From NCBI GenBank assembly GCA_033442325.1, contig JAWQFM010000001.1:265376-329375 (forward strand): a DNA stretch of 64,000 nucleotides. The letters are read 5' to 3'. This document shows positions 35,444 through 50,799 of this stretch, piece after piece. Source of the stretch: Salpingoeca rosetta. Its lineage: Eukaryota > Protista > Choanoflagellata. Each line of letters begins with the position of its first letter. Position 1 is the first letter of the stretch. Position numbers and translations under genes: made by a program. Below the pieces are notes generated by a model. That model did not search any database, had not been told where the DNA came from, and was given only the letters and a program-made list of their open reading frames with translations.

Positions 35444-36025
35444 GGCACACACACACACACACCACAACACACCAACACACACAAACTCACAGCCTCGTCG
35501 GTGAACGGGTTGCTGCGGATGTCCGAGATCTGCTCGATTGGCAGGTACCGCTGTAAACGACGACGCATCATGTGTCAGGTATTGTGACGATCAACATGCG
35601 GGGAACGATAGGACAGATGGAGCGAGCAATGGCTGGCACATGGGGACAGTGAGGCGTCACCGTGGTTCATACACTCAGGCACACACACACACACACACAC
35701 TCTCTCTCTCTCACACACACACACACGCACTTTTTCCTCTGTTGAGTAGTCTGTGAGAATGAGGCCGCACTCGGACTGGTCCAGTTTGATCTGGTGCTTC
35801 ACGCGGTACTTGGGCGGCTTCCAGGATATGCAGGCCTGCTCGGCGTCAGCCAGCACGCAGAGGGTGGTGAGCCAGGGCAGTGCGGACCTTGTGCAACAAG
35901 CACCACACAGTGCGACGAACGGGCGGAGGCAAGGAAGGGCACGTAAAGGAGTTCAACATAGACACCCACACACAGACACACAGATACAGACACACAGAGA
36001 CACACAGAGACACAGACACACAGAG

Positions 36026-36057
<32 letters not shown>

Positions 36058-36665
36058 AGACACAGACACACACACAGACACAGACACACACAGACACAGA
36101 CACACATACACACACACACCCACGAATTGTAGTCCAACTGAACCTAGGCATGTAGCGAGTTGATAAACAGAGAAGAGCGGAGTGGGGGATTTCTGGTCAC
36201 CTTTGACTCTGCACTTCGGACTAGACCCTACCCGCGTCATTCCATCAAATTGGTAGCATCTGTGTTGTGGCGCATTACACAACTCTTACACATTTTCTGT
36301 CATCTCGTATTAGCAAGGGAACATGAACCCTTCCGTAGTAACTCTCCCCCTAGAGAGTCGTGACATTACGAGCGTCTAGAGGCGCTGTTTCGCACTCCTG
36401 ACGAGTGGCTGTAGTCTGCACCACCAGAGACACAGACACACAGAGACACAGACACACACACACAGACACAGACACACACACACACAGACACACAGAGACA
36501 CAGACACACACACACATACACACACAGACACACACACACACACAACACCTCTTCAAAGACGAAGAAGAGGTCATCCTTCTTGATGGTGTCCACACACTCC
36601 TCTGGAGTGAGAGGGGCAGCAAAGTGTTTCGAGTGCATCTTACAGCCCCACTGCAAGTTGGACAT
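25625..36665 (-). CDS. PLCB: Phospholipase C beta (PH, EF-hand, X, Y, C2 and C-terminal coiled-coil domains); more than 25 small exons
   Basis: [126 protein letters not shown]; C2 ending [10 protein letters not shown]; helical K/E/Q-rich C-terminal exons. Catalytic His/Glu/Asp appear intact. Confidence 0.95.
32741..33017. repeat. Compound minisatellite (ccatacgcacacatcaca/caggta units embedded in CA runs) in a PLC intron
   Basis: Repeated ccatac(a)gcacacatcacac and caggtacaca units. Confidence 0.8.
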
Positions 36666-37111
36666 GCTGCGATCACACACGCACACAGCGAAGCCCAGCC
36701 AGCCCCCGCAGGCGTCGTCTGCTCAAGGTCAGCAAAGCAAGGCAACTGGAAGAGGTGTGTGAGGGTGAGGGTGGGTGTGGCAGTGTTCGTTGTGAAGTGC
36801 GTGGATGGAGGAGCGAATTTCAGCGCCGTTGTTGTTGTGCTCTCCTTTTTTTTTTTTGTTGCCTTGACCTGACATGCATGCTGCATGCAACAATCACACA
36901 CCGTGCTTGCTTGCTTGCTTGTCAGCACGTGTGTGCGTGTATTCGTCAACTATGAGATCAACGACACTCCCCGACGATGTACACCACAGACACACACACA
37001 GACACACACACACACAGACACACAGAGTCTATTAACGTAAATTAACACTTGTTGCGCAGAAACCGCCACATCCCACGTCACATCCCGTGACAGGCACGTC
37101 ATGTCAACACA

Positions 37112-37797
37112 TCACAGCGCCTGCAAGACACGTTCTGCGGTGCCGCTGGCGTCTAACAGCACAACGTGCTCGTCTAGCGCAGCCTCCTCCATCGCTACAG
37201 CAGCGTCAACATCATCAGCAGGAGCGTGTGTTGTTGTTGTCCTCATGCCTTGCGTCGCCGCAGTCTCGTCGACGTGGTGTGATCCGTCTTGCAGGTGCCA
37301 CCCGAACATGCGCGCCACAGCCTCCAGGTCGAGGTCTTGTTCGTCGTCGTTGTCCTGTGAGCGCGATGACAATGGCAGCGGCGTTATTGTGGTTCACACA
37401 GCAGCGCATACGCTCGGTAGTAGTACATAACAAAAAGAAACACACACACACACACAGTGGGGCACGCGCATCATTGAAAGCATATAGACACACGCACACA
37501 CGCACACACACACACACACCATCATTGAAAGCATAGTCACACGCACACACACACAAGCATCAACCTGCGAGGAAGTGTCTCCATCAGCGCCAATGATGGT
37601 GTCGTAACCGGGGCGGTACTCAACACCATACACAACCGTGGACCTGTGGGTTGCGTGCACATGCAGTTAGTTGTAGCGGGCGAAAAACTGAGCTGACCAA
37701 TATCCATTGAAAACCCAGTGTCACACGTGGCAAGACAGAGAACACACACACAAAACAGAGAGACAGGCGGACGCAATACGAAACCCCCACCTCCCCC

Positions 37798-37864
<67 letters not shown>

Positions 37865-38810
37865 CCCGACCAACACGCGACACAACACATGTACGTACGT
37901 GCGGCGCTCTGGGCGTGCGAGCCGGCGTGTTCGTACCCGGCCCGTGTTTGTCATCATGACAACAGCGGCCGGGGTGGGTTCAGTGGTTGGTGGGGGCTCG
38001 TCCACCTCCTGCTCAATCTCAAACACATCCAGTGCATCCTCATCTTCGCTCAAGGCATCGCCCTCCACCACTTCCTCCTCCAATCCAGATTGCGGGTGCA
38101 TAGCACCAGGGGCATCAGCATCTGTGCTGTCCTCGCTGCGGGTTGCTGCGCGTCTCTGTCGCACCGCAGCAGACGAACGAATCTGTGGTCGCCAAGGCGG
38201 TCCTGCATCGTGCTTGTCGCTGTTGTCAATTGGTGTGGTGGTGGCCATGACTGTCTCCTGGCTTGTGCTCCGCCTGTACTCTGCTCCTTCTGCTGTCCCG
38301 CGCAACACCGCTCTTCGCTCAGGTGTTGTCGCTTGCACGTGTTGGGGACGCTGCCATGGTGCCACTGGCGATGCAGTTGTCACATCACTATGGCCACCAC
38401 CACGACTGCTACCTCGGCCATCAGCACGGCTATCCACACCACCGCGACCACCGCGACCACCGCCGCTACTAATACCGTCGTCGCCTTCTTCATCGTCATC
38501 ATCGTCCTCGTCATCATCGCTATCATCGCGCACGGCTGCGTGTGTGCTCGCCTCGTCCTCCTGTATCTTGCGAACGCCGGCTGCTGTCACCCGGAAGTAC
38601 TCTTTCCTCTTCGGCCTGATCGTGGGTGACACGGAAACACAGACGGGAGGCGCGGTTGGGAATGAATGTTTGCGGGTGCGGGTGCGAGTGGGTGTGGGTG
38701 CATGCATTGCATGGGAGAGCATTTGGTGATTACAGGTTCAAGGCGCAAACGCACACAGAACGTTACCGACAAACCGCACATGCAGCGCACTCAGGCCCAT
38801 GTGCGAATGT

Positions 38811-38866
<56 letters not shown>

Positions 38867-39788
38867 ACCTGTTGATGAGGACATCGACTGAATCGATCAG
38901 GAAGGCGAAGAATACGTTGAGGATGAGGAGATATGACACGAGCAGCCACGCCATAAAATAAAGCACAGACCTGTTTGTGTGTAGGCGTGTGTGCGGCGTG
39001 AGCCAAGGTGTATATGTGTATGTGTGTATGTGTGTGTATGTGTGTGTATGTGTATGTGTGTGTATGTGTGTACATGTGCGCTTGTGGTTGTGCGTGTGTG
39101 TTTCTGTGTCGTGTGTTTGGTGGCCAGGAGGAGTAGTTTGGAGCAAGGAAGGCAATTCAAGAAGCGCTGAGGAGACGCGAACGCACCACGGCGACGTGAC
39201 TTGCATGCAGGCATCGATGAGATCTTGTATCTCTAGCTGCAGCTGCACCACCCACAGCGAGATGCACGCCTGCCCAAACCTGCCATCCAGTGCATGCGCA
39301 CGTGTGACATGATAAAACAATCGATTGCCGTGAAAATACTGCAGGGTCAACACTTGATGGTGGTTCTTGATCAGATGCGTTCACAGCACGTCACAGAGGG
39401 CGTGCGCGATCCAATGTACACACCAAGCGCAAATACACGTGACCGCACACACACACACACAAACAAACACAAACACAAACACAAACGCACACACACACAG
39501 ATAAACGTCAACAGAACAGCCAACAGAACAGCAGCAAGCAGCCACGCACGTGTCAAAGTTGAAGACCTGGAGACCACCCTCTGCGTATGTGCTGTTTGCC
39601 AGTGCGGGATTGAAGCCAAGGCGGTCCTGGTACCGCAGTGGTGGTGGTGATGATGATGATGGTGGTGGTGATGATGATGATGGTGGTGGTGATGGGACAG
39701 GCGTGAGCGATACCGTGATTCATAGCAGAGTTGAGTGGCGTGCCCAAGGGGCAGTTACATACACAAATACAATGGCTACAGGCACACA

Positions 39789-39829
<41 letters not shown>

Positions 39830-40938
39830 CACATGCACATACATACGCAGACGCACACGCACAGTGGGTGTACCTTGAAGAGCGCGATGCCAAGGAGGGC
39901 GAATATGTAGTAGGTGGCGAGCAGAACACCCAGCAGGCCAGGGAGCTGACTCAGCACGCGCGCCACAGACGTGAACATCAACCTGTGCACACAACGCAGG
40001 CCAAACGTGTTTCAGGTGGACATGAAGATACGCATGAAAAAGGTGAGCTGACAGCATGGCATGTGCAGCAGAACCAAGCGTGTGCTGGCGGCAACAGGGC
40101 ACCACCACGATGGCACAGATGTAATGTGAATGTCATGTGTGCTTGTGCTTGTGTGCTTGTGCTTGTGTGCGTGTGTGCGTGTGTGCTTGTGTGTGTGTGT
40201 GACAAGAGAAGGGAATGTGACCTGAAGAGGGCGACGCGTGCGAGCATTCTTCCAAGTCGCATGATGCGACAGATGAGGAGCGCGCGCGCAAACGCCAGTG
40301 GTATCAGCTGTTTGCAAACACGTCCAACGCGCATTCGATAGTGTGGTTTGGAAGTGGAAAAGAGAGGAGAAGACAAGGTGTGGTGTAACGCACAGCGGTG
40401 AGCACCGGGGGAGAGGCATAACCCTGAGCGTGTGTGTGTGTGTGCAGACGTGTGTGTGTATGTTTTGATTCTCTGTGTTCGCGTTGCTCGTGCTGCTTGC
40501 ACCATCATCCCGGCAGCAGTGCGAGGGACAATACAATGCAACACGCCATTAATATTCAGCTCGTAGTCCCAGCGTACCTGTGACGTGCCGTTGAAGGCGT
40601 CGACCTGCCCGATGAAGATGGCAACCACAAGTAGCATGTCCACAAGCGCTGTGGCAGAGGCAAGACGTGCATTGCGAGGGTGACGTTAAGGACAGAGAGA
40701 GGGAGAGAGGAGGAGGGGGGTAGCAGCGAGCTACACACCCGTCAACACAGAAATGGAGGCAACATGCAGATACAGAGTCAGGTGCACGCACAACCACACA
40801 CGCACTTGTGACTGCATGCACACATGAAATGCACGCACACAGACACAGACACAGACACAGACACACGCGCACGCACGCACACACACACAACTAAACAGAC
40901 ACACAGACGCACACACACACAACTAAACAGACACACAG

Positions 40939-40994
<56 letters not shown>

Positions 40995-42124
40995 CTTATC
41001 GCACCGAGCGGGTTGCGGAGAATGCGCCGCCAGCCGAGGGCGGTGGTGGTGATGAGGAGTTCCAGCAGATAGACGATGGCACACGCGAGATACACGCCGC
41101 AATATGGCGCACACACGACCGCCTTCTCCGGCGGCGATGCTGTGAGGTCGACAGCCAGCACAATGAGATTCACCACTAGCACAGCGTCTGCGGTGGCAGC
41201 GAGCCACCCGAGGTCGCACATGCGATACAGCCAGGGGAGGTGTGTGCGCACCCACGTGCGTGTGGGTCGCACGCGCTCTACTTTCAGCAGCATGAGCTCG
41301 AACATGTATGTAAACTCGTGCACGTTGATGGTGCCCGTGTTGTTCTTGTCGAGCAGCGACAGCAGGACGCCAATCAGCCTGTCGTCAACGTGCCACACGG
41401 ACTTGAGGAGGGCACGCATCGTGGCCTGCACGTTGATGTGGTGGCGGTTTTGATGGTGGTGATGGCGATGGTGGCGGTGGTGAGCGGTGGAGAAGGTACA
41501 TGGGTACTTACGCACACGCACGCACACACACACACACACACACTAGAAAACGAACGAGTCAGCAGTCAACCAACAGCTCGTACAAAGTCGATGAGGCCGC
41601 TTGCGACATTCTGCGAGACGCGATCGAGGCAGAGGAACGCCAGGCGAAACGCTGTTCGGCGCTGCGCAAACCGGTGACGTGACACCTGATGCGCATTTGC
41701 AATCACATGGGTGGTGAGGCGTGTACTCGTTCGTATACTTTCTTTGGTTGGTTGGTTGTTTGTTTGTTTGTTTGTTTGTTTGTTTGTTTGTTTGTTTGTT
41801 TGTTTGTTTGTTTGTTTGTTTGTTTGTTTGTTTGTTTGTTTGTTTGTTTGTTTGTTTGTGTGTGTTTATGTGTGTTTGTGTGTGTATGTGTGCGCATGTC
41901 TGAACACGTGGGTATGTGCGTGTGTGCGTACTTGGTTCATGTAGACGACGCTGCGGTTGTAGATGGTGGCGAGGACAATGCCCAAGATGAGGACCGTGCT
42001 GAGGATCGACAGCGCGAAGAAAAATATTACAGACAGCGACCTGGAGATTGATGAAAAAGACAACCGCAAGAGCACAGGATGGCTCGTGGTGTGAGACGCA
42101 AGCATTCATATGAAGCCCCGATTC

Positions 42125-42209
<85 letters not shown>

Positions 42210-43693
42210 CACGCGCATACGTCTGGTTGAGGGACGGCAGCATGACATCTGGGCTGTTGGATCCGGAGGTGAACACGAGCAGCGCTTCAAGCGCATCGGA
42301 GAAGGTGGAGAAGTTGGGCTGTCGCGAACACATGTGGGTGATGATGCTGGTGAGGGTGAGTGTGGGGATAATTCGTGTCGCCAAGCAGCCACTGACTGGC
42401 AGCACTTTTGCAAACACAGACACGCAGACACACAGACATACACGGGCACAGGCACACATGCACACATGCACACACACATCACACATCACACATCACACAT
42501 ACACACAAACAAACAACCAATGCAGATGCACACACCACAGCCAAGCGCGTACGTCTGAAGGGAAGATGATCATGGCCATGAGGGCGGCGGCGGCATTGAG
42601 GATGGTGAGCAGGACGATGTGGGGCACAACATCGCGCAGACTCCACGCCAGCGTGGTGGCAATGAGGGTCATATCTGGCCAGCGTATGCTGAGGTAGACA
42701 GGGCGCAGCAGCCTGTGCCATGCTGGGGCTGCCGCTATCGCCATATTAAGGACACAGCCAATTAGCCCCGCTGTTGTTGCGCCGGCATACACGAGCTCAA
42801 GCGGTTGCATCTGTAATACAAGCAGGCGAAATCAGAAGGAGGAAGGAGGAGAAGAAGGGTGGTGTGCGGGAAACACCCGTTCAATCGCATTGGTGCATAC
42901 CCGGGCACCAACACACAGAGATGGAGACAGACAGACAGACACACACACACACACACAAAGACACACACACGCACACACACGCACACACACAGACATGCGC
43001 CCACCTTGTAGAACATCCACCCTGTCATGCTGTAGCGGAGATACGCGTCAACCCCCAGCACAAGCAGCGACACGACCTCGATGGCAGTAGGCACAATGTC
43101 GCGGCGGCGCAGCGTGCTTGGCGAGAAGAACGCCTGCGGGTTCTCGTAGAACACCAACGTGGCGTTGACGAGCGTGATGAGCAGCAGCACAGCCTGCACC
43201 CCGCGTGAGAAGTACCATCGCCGCAAGTTGAGGGCTTTGGTATCCTGCCTGTTGGGAATGAATGTGTATACACACAGACACACACAGACACACACACACA
43301 CACACAGACACAGACACACACACACGTGTACCACAGTTGTGCCCACATGTCACGTGCCAAGTTGAGTTGGTTGGGCGACGCAGCGTGCAGCAGCAAGGTA
43401 CGTTACCAACTGGCAGTGCGTGCAAGGGGTCCAAGTAGGCCTCGTCATTGGGGCAGGCCGATCAAAGCGCACCTGTGGGCCATGGGTCGAAGAGCACAGG
43501 CATCCTCCACAAAGACGGTTGCGCGAAGCAGCATCAGGTGGAACGAGTGGACGTCATCCGTGTCGGAAGTGAGCATTCGGCCATGCCGATGCTGTCTGCC
43601 GGCAAACGTGGGGTGTTCTTCGTCATGGCGTTGGGGATCGCTGCCGAGTAAAGGTGCACGTTCAGTGCTGCCATTGTCGTGGTGCGCCGGCAT
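37112..43693 (-). CDS. TPC: Two-pore channel (TPC) family protein with divergent pore loops, a linker EF-hand and a long acidic C-tail
   Basis: N-terminal ERAPLL dileucine motif; ATVFVEDA; S1 LVNATLVFYENP; S4 HRLLRPVYL and RALLICRIMRLGRML; pore 1 FSTFSDALEALLVFTSGSNSPDVMLPS; S6 segments LILGIVLATIYN and LILNVFFAFLIDS; two 6-TM units. The C-terminal exons are tentative. Confidence 0.88.
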
Positions 43694-43925
43694 TGTGTTC
43701 ACTCCTGATGACATCAAGATCATACTGGAGGCGTGAATGATGTGCCACCACCGTCGACAACTGCACCACACCCAAGCACGTCTTGATGCACTGACATCAT
43801 CCGATCCGCACACAACACTGCTTCTCTGTGTTTGTTCACCTGCGTGTATGTGTCAACGAGGGCGCGCTGCATGCGTGTTGCGTTGAGCCAAGGGATGAGG
43901 CCTGGCAAGCGCAGCACGCGCACAC

Positions 43926-43967
<42 letters not shown>

Positions 43968-44143
43968 CTCCACCTCCACCAGCGGCACAAGCTACGCCAG
44001 CGCCAACACTGCCTGTGCAGACAGCAGTTGCAGCAGTTGCAGCAGCGCGAAGCAGAGCAACACTTGTCTTCCTCATCGCCCACACACAAACAAGACAGCA
44101 GCGGCAAAAACTGATTTCAGTGTTGCGGGTGACAAGGGCAGAT

Positions 44144-45022
44144 ATGCAGGCAACAACAGCAGCAGCAGCTGGTGGCGGGAGTGGGAGAGCAGAAGGGAGT
44201 GGTGGTGGACAAGAGGCAGCAGGGGAGCAACAAGGAGGGGTGGCAACAGGTGCTGGCAGCGATATCAGTGACACCAGCACTGACAGCAATGAGGCACAAC
44301 AACAGCAACAACAACACAATGGAAATGAAGAAGACGACAATGAGTGGGAGGTTCGTTTGATTGATTGATTGTGTGCGTGTGTGTGCATGAGTTTGGGTGT
44401 GCGCGTGTGTGCATGTGTGTGTGTGTGATGGTCACATCACGTGTGGATCTTGCTTGACAATCGCATTCTGTCACACATGCCAGAGTCACATCACATTTCA
44501 CACATGCACATGACTGCTCGCCTCCGCATCCCCGTCACCACTCGATGTACCATTTAGACGGAGTACGTGGTTGCCACGGTGCACAATTCAAAGTATGCTG
44601 GCCTGAATCTTCGACCAGAGACCTTCAAAGTCGTGGTATGTTGCGCACACCTGCAGGTTTTCATCTGGTGCCACCTTCCTTCTCGTGCTTGCATGTGTTG
44701 TTCTTGTTGCGTGTGCTGCAACGTATTCGGTGTTGTTGGAAAGGTGCTCAACACACGACAACACGGGCACTGCCCTACAGCCAGTCTCGTTCATGTGTGA
44801 GAGTGTACATGCTCACCACCATTGCTGATTCCTTTCTCTGTGTGCTTGGTTCATGCACAATTCCCTTGTTGGTGGGATTTTGTGTTGACAGGGTGCGCAC
44901 ACAGCGCAGCCCGTGTTTCGCATGGGATCAGACGTGTTTGTTGGACAGTACTCAGGTACAGGGAAACATGAAGTTGTGTGTGTAGCTGTGCGTGTAGCTG
45001 TGCGTGTAGCTGTGCGTGTAGC

Positions 45023-45065
<43 letters not shown>

Positions 45066-45357
45066 CTGTGTGTGTAGCTGTGTGTGCGGTCTTCATGCGT
45101 CGTTCGTGTGCCCTTCTCACTGACATGTCTCTCCGCACCGCTACGTTCCCTCATCTTCTCACCCACCGGGCAGAGGCGTTTGGGACCAACCTCATCTTGC
45201 AAGCAACACAAGCAGGTTGACGGCGCGCGCGAGTGTGTGTGTGTGTGTGTTTGTTTGTTTGTTTGTTTGCAAACCCGTGTGCGAGCTGCACGCTTGGAAC
45301 TGAACGGCTGTGATGCTCAGCAGTGCACGCCTTGCCCCGATGTCTCTCCAGCCTCTC

Positions 45358-45436
<79 letters not shown>

Positions 45437-45602
45437 ACATTCACACAACACAAACGCAGAGGCAACTGGGCGGACAGAGTGGAAGTATCTTGGGCGAGGC
45501 ATCGAGACCATGACGCTACTGAGGGCAGAGCTGCACGAGGTGGAGGAAGAGGAAGAGGAAGAGGAAGAGGAGGGCAGCGATGAACCAGCGCAATCGGAAT
45601 GA
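44144..45602 (+). CDS. GTF3C6: General transcription factor IIIC subunit 6 (TFIIIC35/Tfc7)-like
   Basis: Spliced DDNEWE|TEYVVATV..FK..GAHTAQPVFRMGSDVFVGQYS|EAFGTNLILQ..WKYLGRG matches the TFIIIC_sub6 triple-barrel pattern (GLDTxxPxLxIGxxxFxGxYxDxxGTxLxF); acidic C-tail. Confidence 0.7.
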
Positions 45603-45713
45603 TACAGCCGATAGGACACAGCAGCCTTCTCACTTTCCCTCCACCATCTTTATCATCTCTTTGCCTCTTCAGCAACAACCTGCCTTTGCTCGTGTCATCT
45701 CAACATCATCTGT

Positions 45714-45745
<32 letters not shown>

Positions 45746-46118
45746 ACACTCTCGCTCTCTCTTTTGACTGTCTTCCCTTCCTTTTCTGAGTTATGCTGGC
45801 CCGCCGTTACACCCCTCACTTGGCGCCTTGCTTCGATGCTACCAAGCCCATTGCAACTTGTCGCTCGTACACACACACACACACGCACACACACACACGC
45901 ACACACACACACACGCACACACACATCGGGGCACCTGCGATACTTGACGTTCGCCCACGAATGAACGCAGAACACAAGTCGAAGATGGAAGAACAAGTCG
46001 CTTGCGTCATCTTCGTTGTTTGTGCGCATTTCGTTGATGAAAATGATGACGACGACGAACACAATTCACACAGGCTCCTCAAATCACACACACCACAAAC
46101 AAAAACAAACAGTGCGCC

Positions 46119-47752
<1,634 letters not shown>

Positions 47753-47967
47753 CCACAGCACAGAGATTGAGTGTGTGAGTGTGTATGTCTTATGTGTGTG
47801 GGTGTGTGTGTGCTGCGAGGCACCACAGTACAGCAGCAGAACCAAATGTCTCGTCTTGCTTCTTGCTTGCTTGCCTTTGTTTGTTTTGATTTCCCTCCTG
47901 TCATCATCATCATTTCATGGTTGCGCAAGAAGCAAGAAAGCGACAAGCAAGCAATCGTGGGGAGGGG

Positions 47968-49453
47968 ATGGCTCGGGGAGGGTTATGGCACATGTTCCGT
48001 CGCTTCCGCGACCCGTGGCAAGGCAAGGCCGTCAGCTTTGGCCAGCTCTCAAGAGGGCTGACGCTGCCCTGGTCCTTCCAGCCGCCACCAACGAAGGCGG
48101 CAGCTGCAACGAGCACGCACAACAACGATGCCACACACACTGCTGTTGCTTATGATGGGGACGAGAGTGCTGCTGTTGGGGACGAGAGTGCTGCTGCTGG
48201 ACGAAGCGCAGGGGATGAGCGGCCTCGCACTGATGCTGAACTCATGGAAGCCGTTGAGAAGCAAGGCAACTTGAAGCTCAACGTCAACCTCCACCAGTTG
48301 CGCACAGGCTTCCTCACCGCCTTCAAAACGCTCGTCACTGCACTCAACACCCACGGTGCGACACAGTGTGAGTGTGTGTGTGTGAGTGTGTGTGTGTGTG
48401 TGTGTGTTGATGTCATTCTACGCGCGCCTGCTTCTGTTGCACACTTACCGTACTTGCTTACTTGCTGCCTTTTCGCTTGTCTTCCTGCGCTTCACGCCAG
48501 CCCTCGTCGACGATCCCATGGTTTCCCCCAGGCTGGGACGATTCCTGGACGACTGGCGCCGTGCGTACATCATGCACGGTGTCTTGCCAACGATCAAGGT
48601 GAGCATATGTGTATGTTGAGCCAGCAATCGTCCCACGTCTGTGAGTGTGTGCGAGTGTGTGTGTGTGTGTGTGCGCATGTGTCTGTGCGTGCATGATCTG
48701 AAGCCCACTCACACCGTCGGTTGACTGACGATGTAGGTGCTGGAAGATCCTGAGCCACAACTTCTGCGCCTTCGGGTCCGCCGTGGGTCTTGTGATAGGC
48801 GGAATAAGGTCTTCTTTGGCCTGTTCTCCCCGGAGGAAGTCAGGTAAGCAAGCCATCACCGCGTGCCTGCGCCACTGTGATGCGACATGACCAAGCGACC
48901 GCCACAACTCCCCTGCACATCTGAACATAAGCACACACACACTCTCTTTCTTTCTCCCTCAAAAGCACACACACACACACACACACACACATGCACACGC
49001 ATGCACATTCCTGTGTGTCTTTGCCCAACGTTCAGACACCACTTGATGGAAGGGGCATTGGGTCCTGAGTATCAGCTGGCCAGCCGGTTACACCAGCACG
49101 GCCCACAGCGGCTGGTTGCACGCGTTGCCTTCCAGCACACTTACTCGTGGTCGTACACGCCGCTGAAGGAGTCCGTGGCACTGGTGCGCGAACTCACGGG
49201 CGAGCAGCCGCCGCTCGACGCACACGACACACAGACCGGTGCCATCAGTCGCCCGCGAGCAAAGGGATGGGAGAGGCAACGCGGCAAGAATGGCGAGGCA
49301 CAGAAGCCGTCAGCCCACAAGGCCAGCGCGGCGGCAAAGTCGCACGCGCCGTCGCTCATCGCCAAGGTCTGGTCGTGGCTCATGGCCAGACCAAGCAAGC
49401 CAGCCTCAGCAACCAAGTCTTCAACTGCCCTATCTCCACGTCAACAACACCAA

Positions 49454-49488
<35 letters not shown>

Positions 49489-49651
49489 GCAGCAGCAACA
49501 ACAGCGCGGCAGCGAGGTGTTGCAGGCACTGCCGCCAGAGACGACATCAAGTTGCATCGTGCACGAGTGGGAGTTTGAGGGCGACATTGTGGGAGATGAG
49601 GTCGTGGGCTGGCAGATACGCAACATCAACAACGTCATATTCGCAGTGTAG
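47968..49651 (+). CDS. Uncharacterised protein, possibly a mitochondrial Tim44/MAIP1-like domain
   Basis: Arg-rich, acid-poor N-terminus; [17 protein letters not shown] helix; C-terminal [14 protein letters not shown] resembling Tim44-like ends; 4 exons with GT-AG boundaries. Confidence 0.45.
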
Positions 49652-49793
49652 TCTGCGTGCATGGCCGTTGTGTGTGTGTCTGTGTGTGTGTGCGTGCGTG
49701 TGTGTGGGCGCGCGCGTGTGTGTGTGTGTTCGTGTGTGTGTCTGTGTGTGTGTGTGCGTGCGTGTGTGTGGGCGCGCGCGTGTGTGTGTGTGT

Positions 49794-49830
<37 letters not shown>

Positions 49831-50049
49831 TGAGTGTGTGTGTGTGTTTTCCCCCTCTGTCTTCCATGAAGCATGAAAGGTTCTTGTGAGTTAGATAGAT
49901 TCGTGTATGTATGGGCTGTTACAGCATGGTGTAAGGCAGGTGTTACAAGTCCCCACGAATAAAGGAAAGAGCAACAGAGGGCATGCAGGGAACAAGCAGC
50001 ATCTGTTGCAGCACAACCTCGCAGTCGGATCCCAGCACGCCACCTCCAA

Positions 50050-50692
50050 TCACTCGCTGTGTTGGCTGTGGTTCTTTGCAACGTGCACGATCCATGAAGG
50101 ATAGCCACCCCGCACGCACTCCACATCACAATCTCCACGGCGTGCATCGCCACTCTTGGCGTCAACATCAGCACCAGCGTCAACATCAGCATCGTCACCG
50201 TCATCGCCAGCGGGACGGAGAGATGTGGGCGCACTGTCAAGCAGCAATGTGGCCAGGGGTTCGAGATCATGTGCAACCGCCTGCAACGCAGCTCTGCTGC
50301 CGCTCTCAAAGCACACGGAGTGCCATTGCTGGACTGGTGCTTGTGGGTCAGGCGATGAGATCTTGGTTGCATCTGCACTCAACACAGCATCTAGCTGAGC
50401 AAGCCAGCTGTCTAAGTCGCGCACTGCTTCCAGTGCCATGGCAGGAATAGTCTGTGGCAGCACATTGATGACAGCATGCTCCACATGCACGTCTGCCGCA
50501 TGAGGATGACGTGAAGAGACGCGAGCCTTTGCAGTCGTGACAAACGACGACCAGTCAGCGCGCACGCCCGGGTGGCCTTTCTTTCTCAACTTCTTTGTCT
50601 TCACCTTCGTCTTTGACCACAGCTCTGACCCGGTTGCATCGTCCACGTCGAGTCGTTCCTTCACTTCTACTCGATCCATGCGCCCGCCACGC
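50050..50692 (-). CDS. 3' exon of a small uncharacterised protein with CYTH/triphosphate-tunnel-like motifs; 5' part in or beyond the gap
   Basis: RGG..RVEVK..ELWSK..V..KAR..VEHAVI..WHSVCFE..GYPSWI pattern in a clean coding exon. Confidence 0.5.
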
Positions 50693-50708
50693 TGCGCATT
50701 GTGTTTGA

Positions 50709-50778
<70 letters not shown>

Positions 50779-50799
50779 CGTGCGTGTGTGTGTGTGTGC

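Noticed and set aside
37112-38722. A possible separate gene between PLC and TPC
   Set aside because: It is on the same strand and splices plausibly from the last TPC S6 exon, so I treated it as the TPC C-terminal tail. This is not proven.
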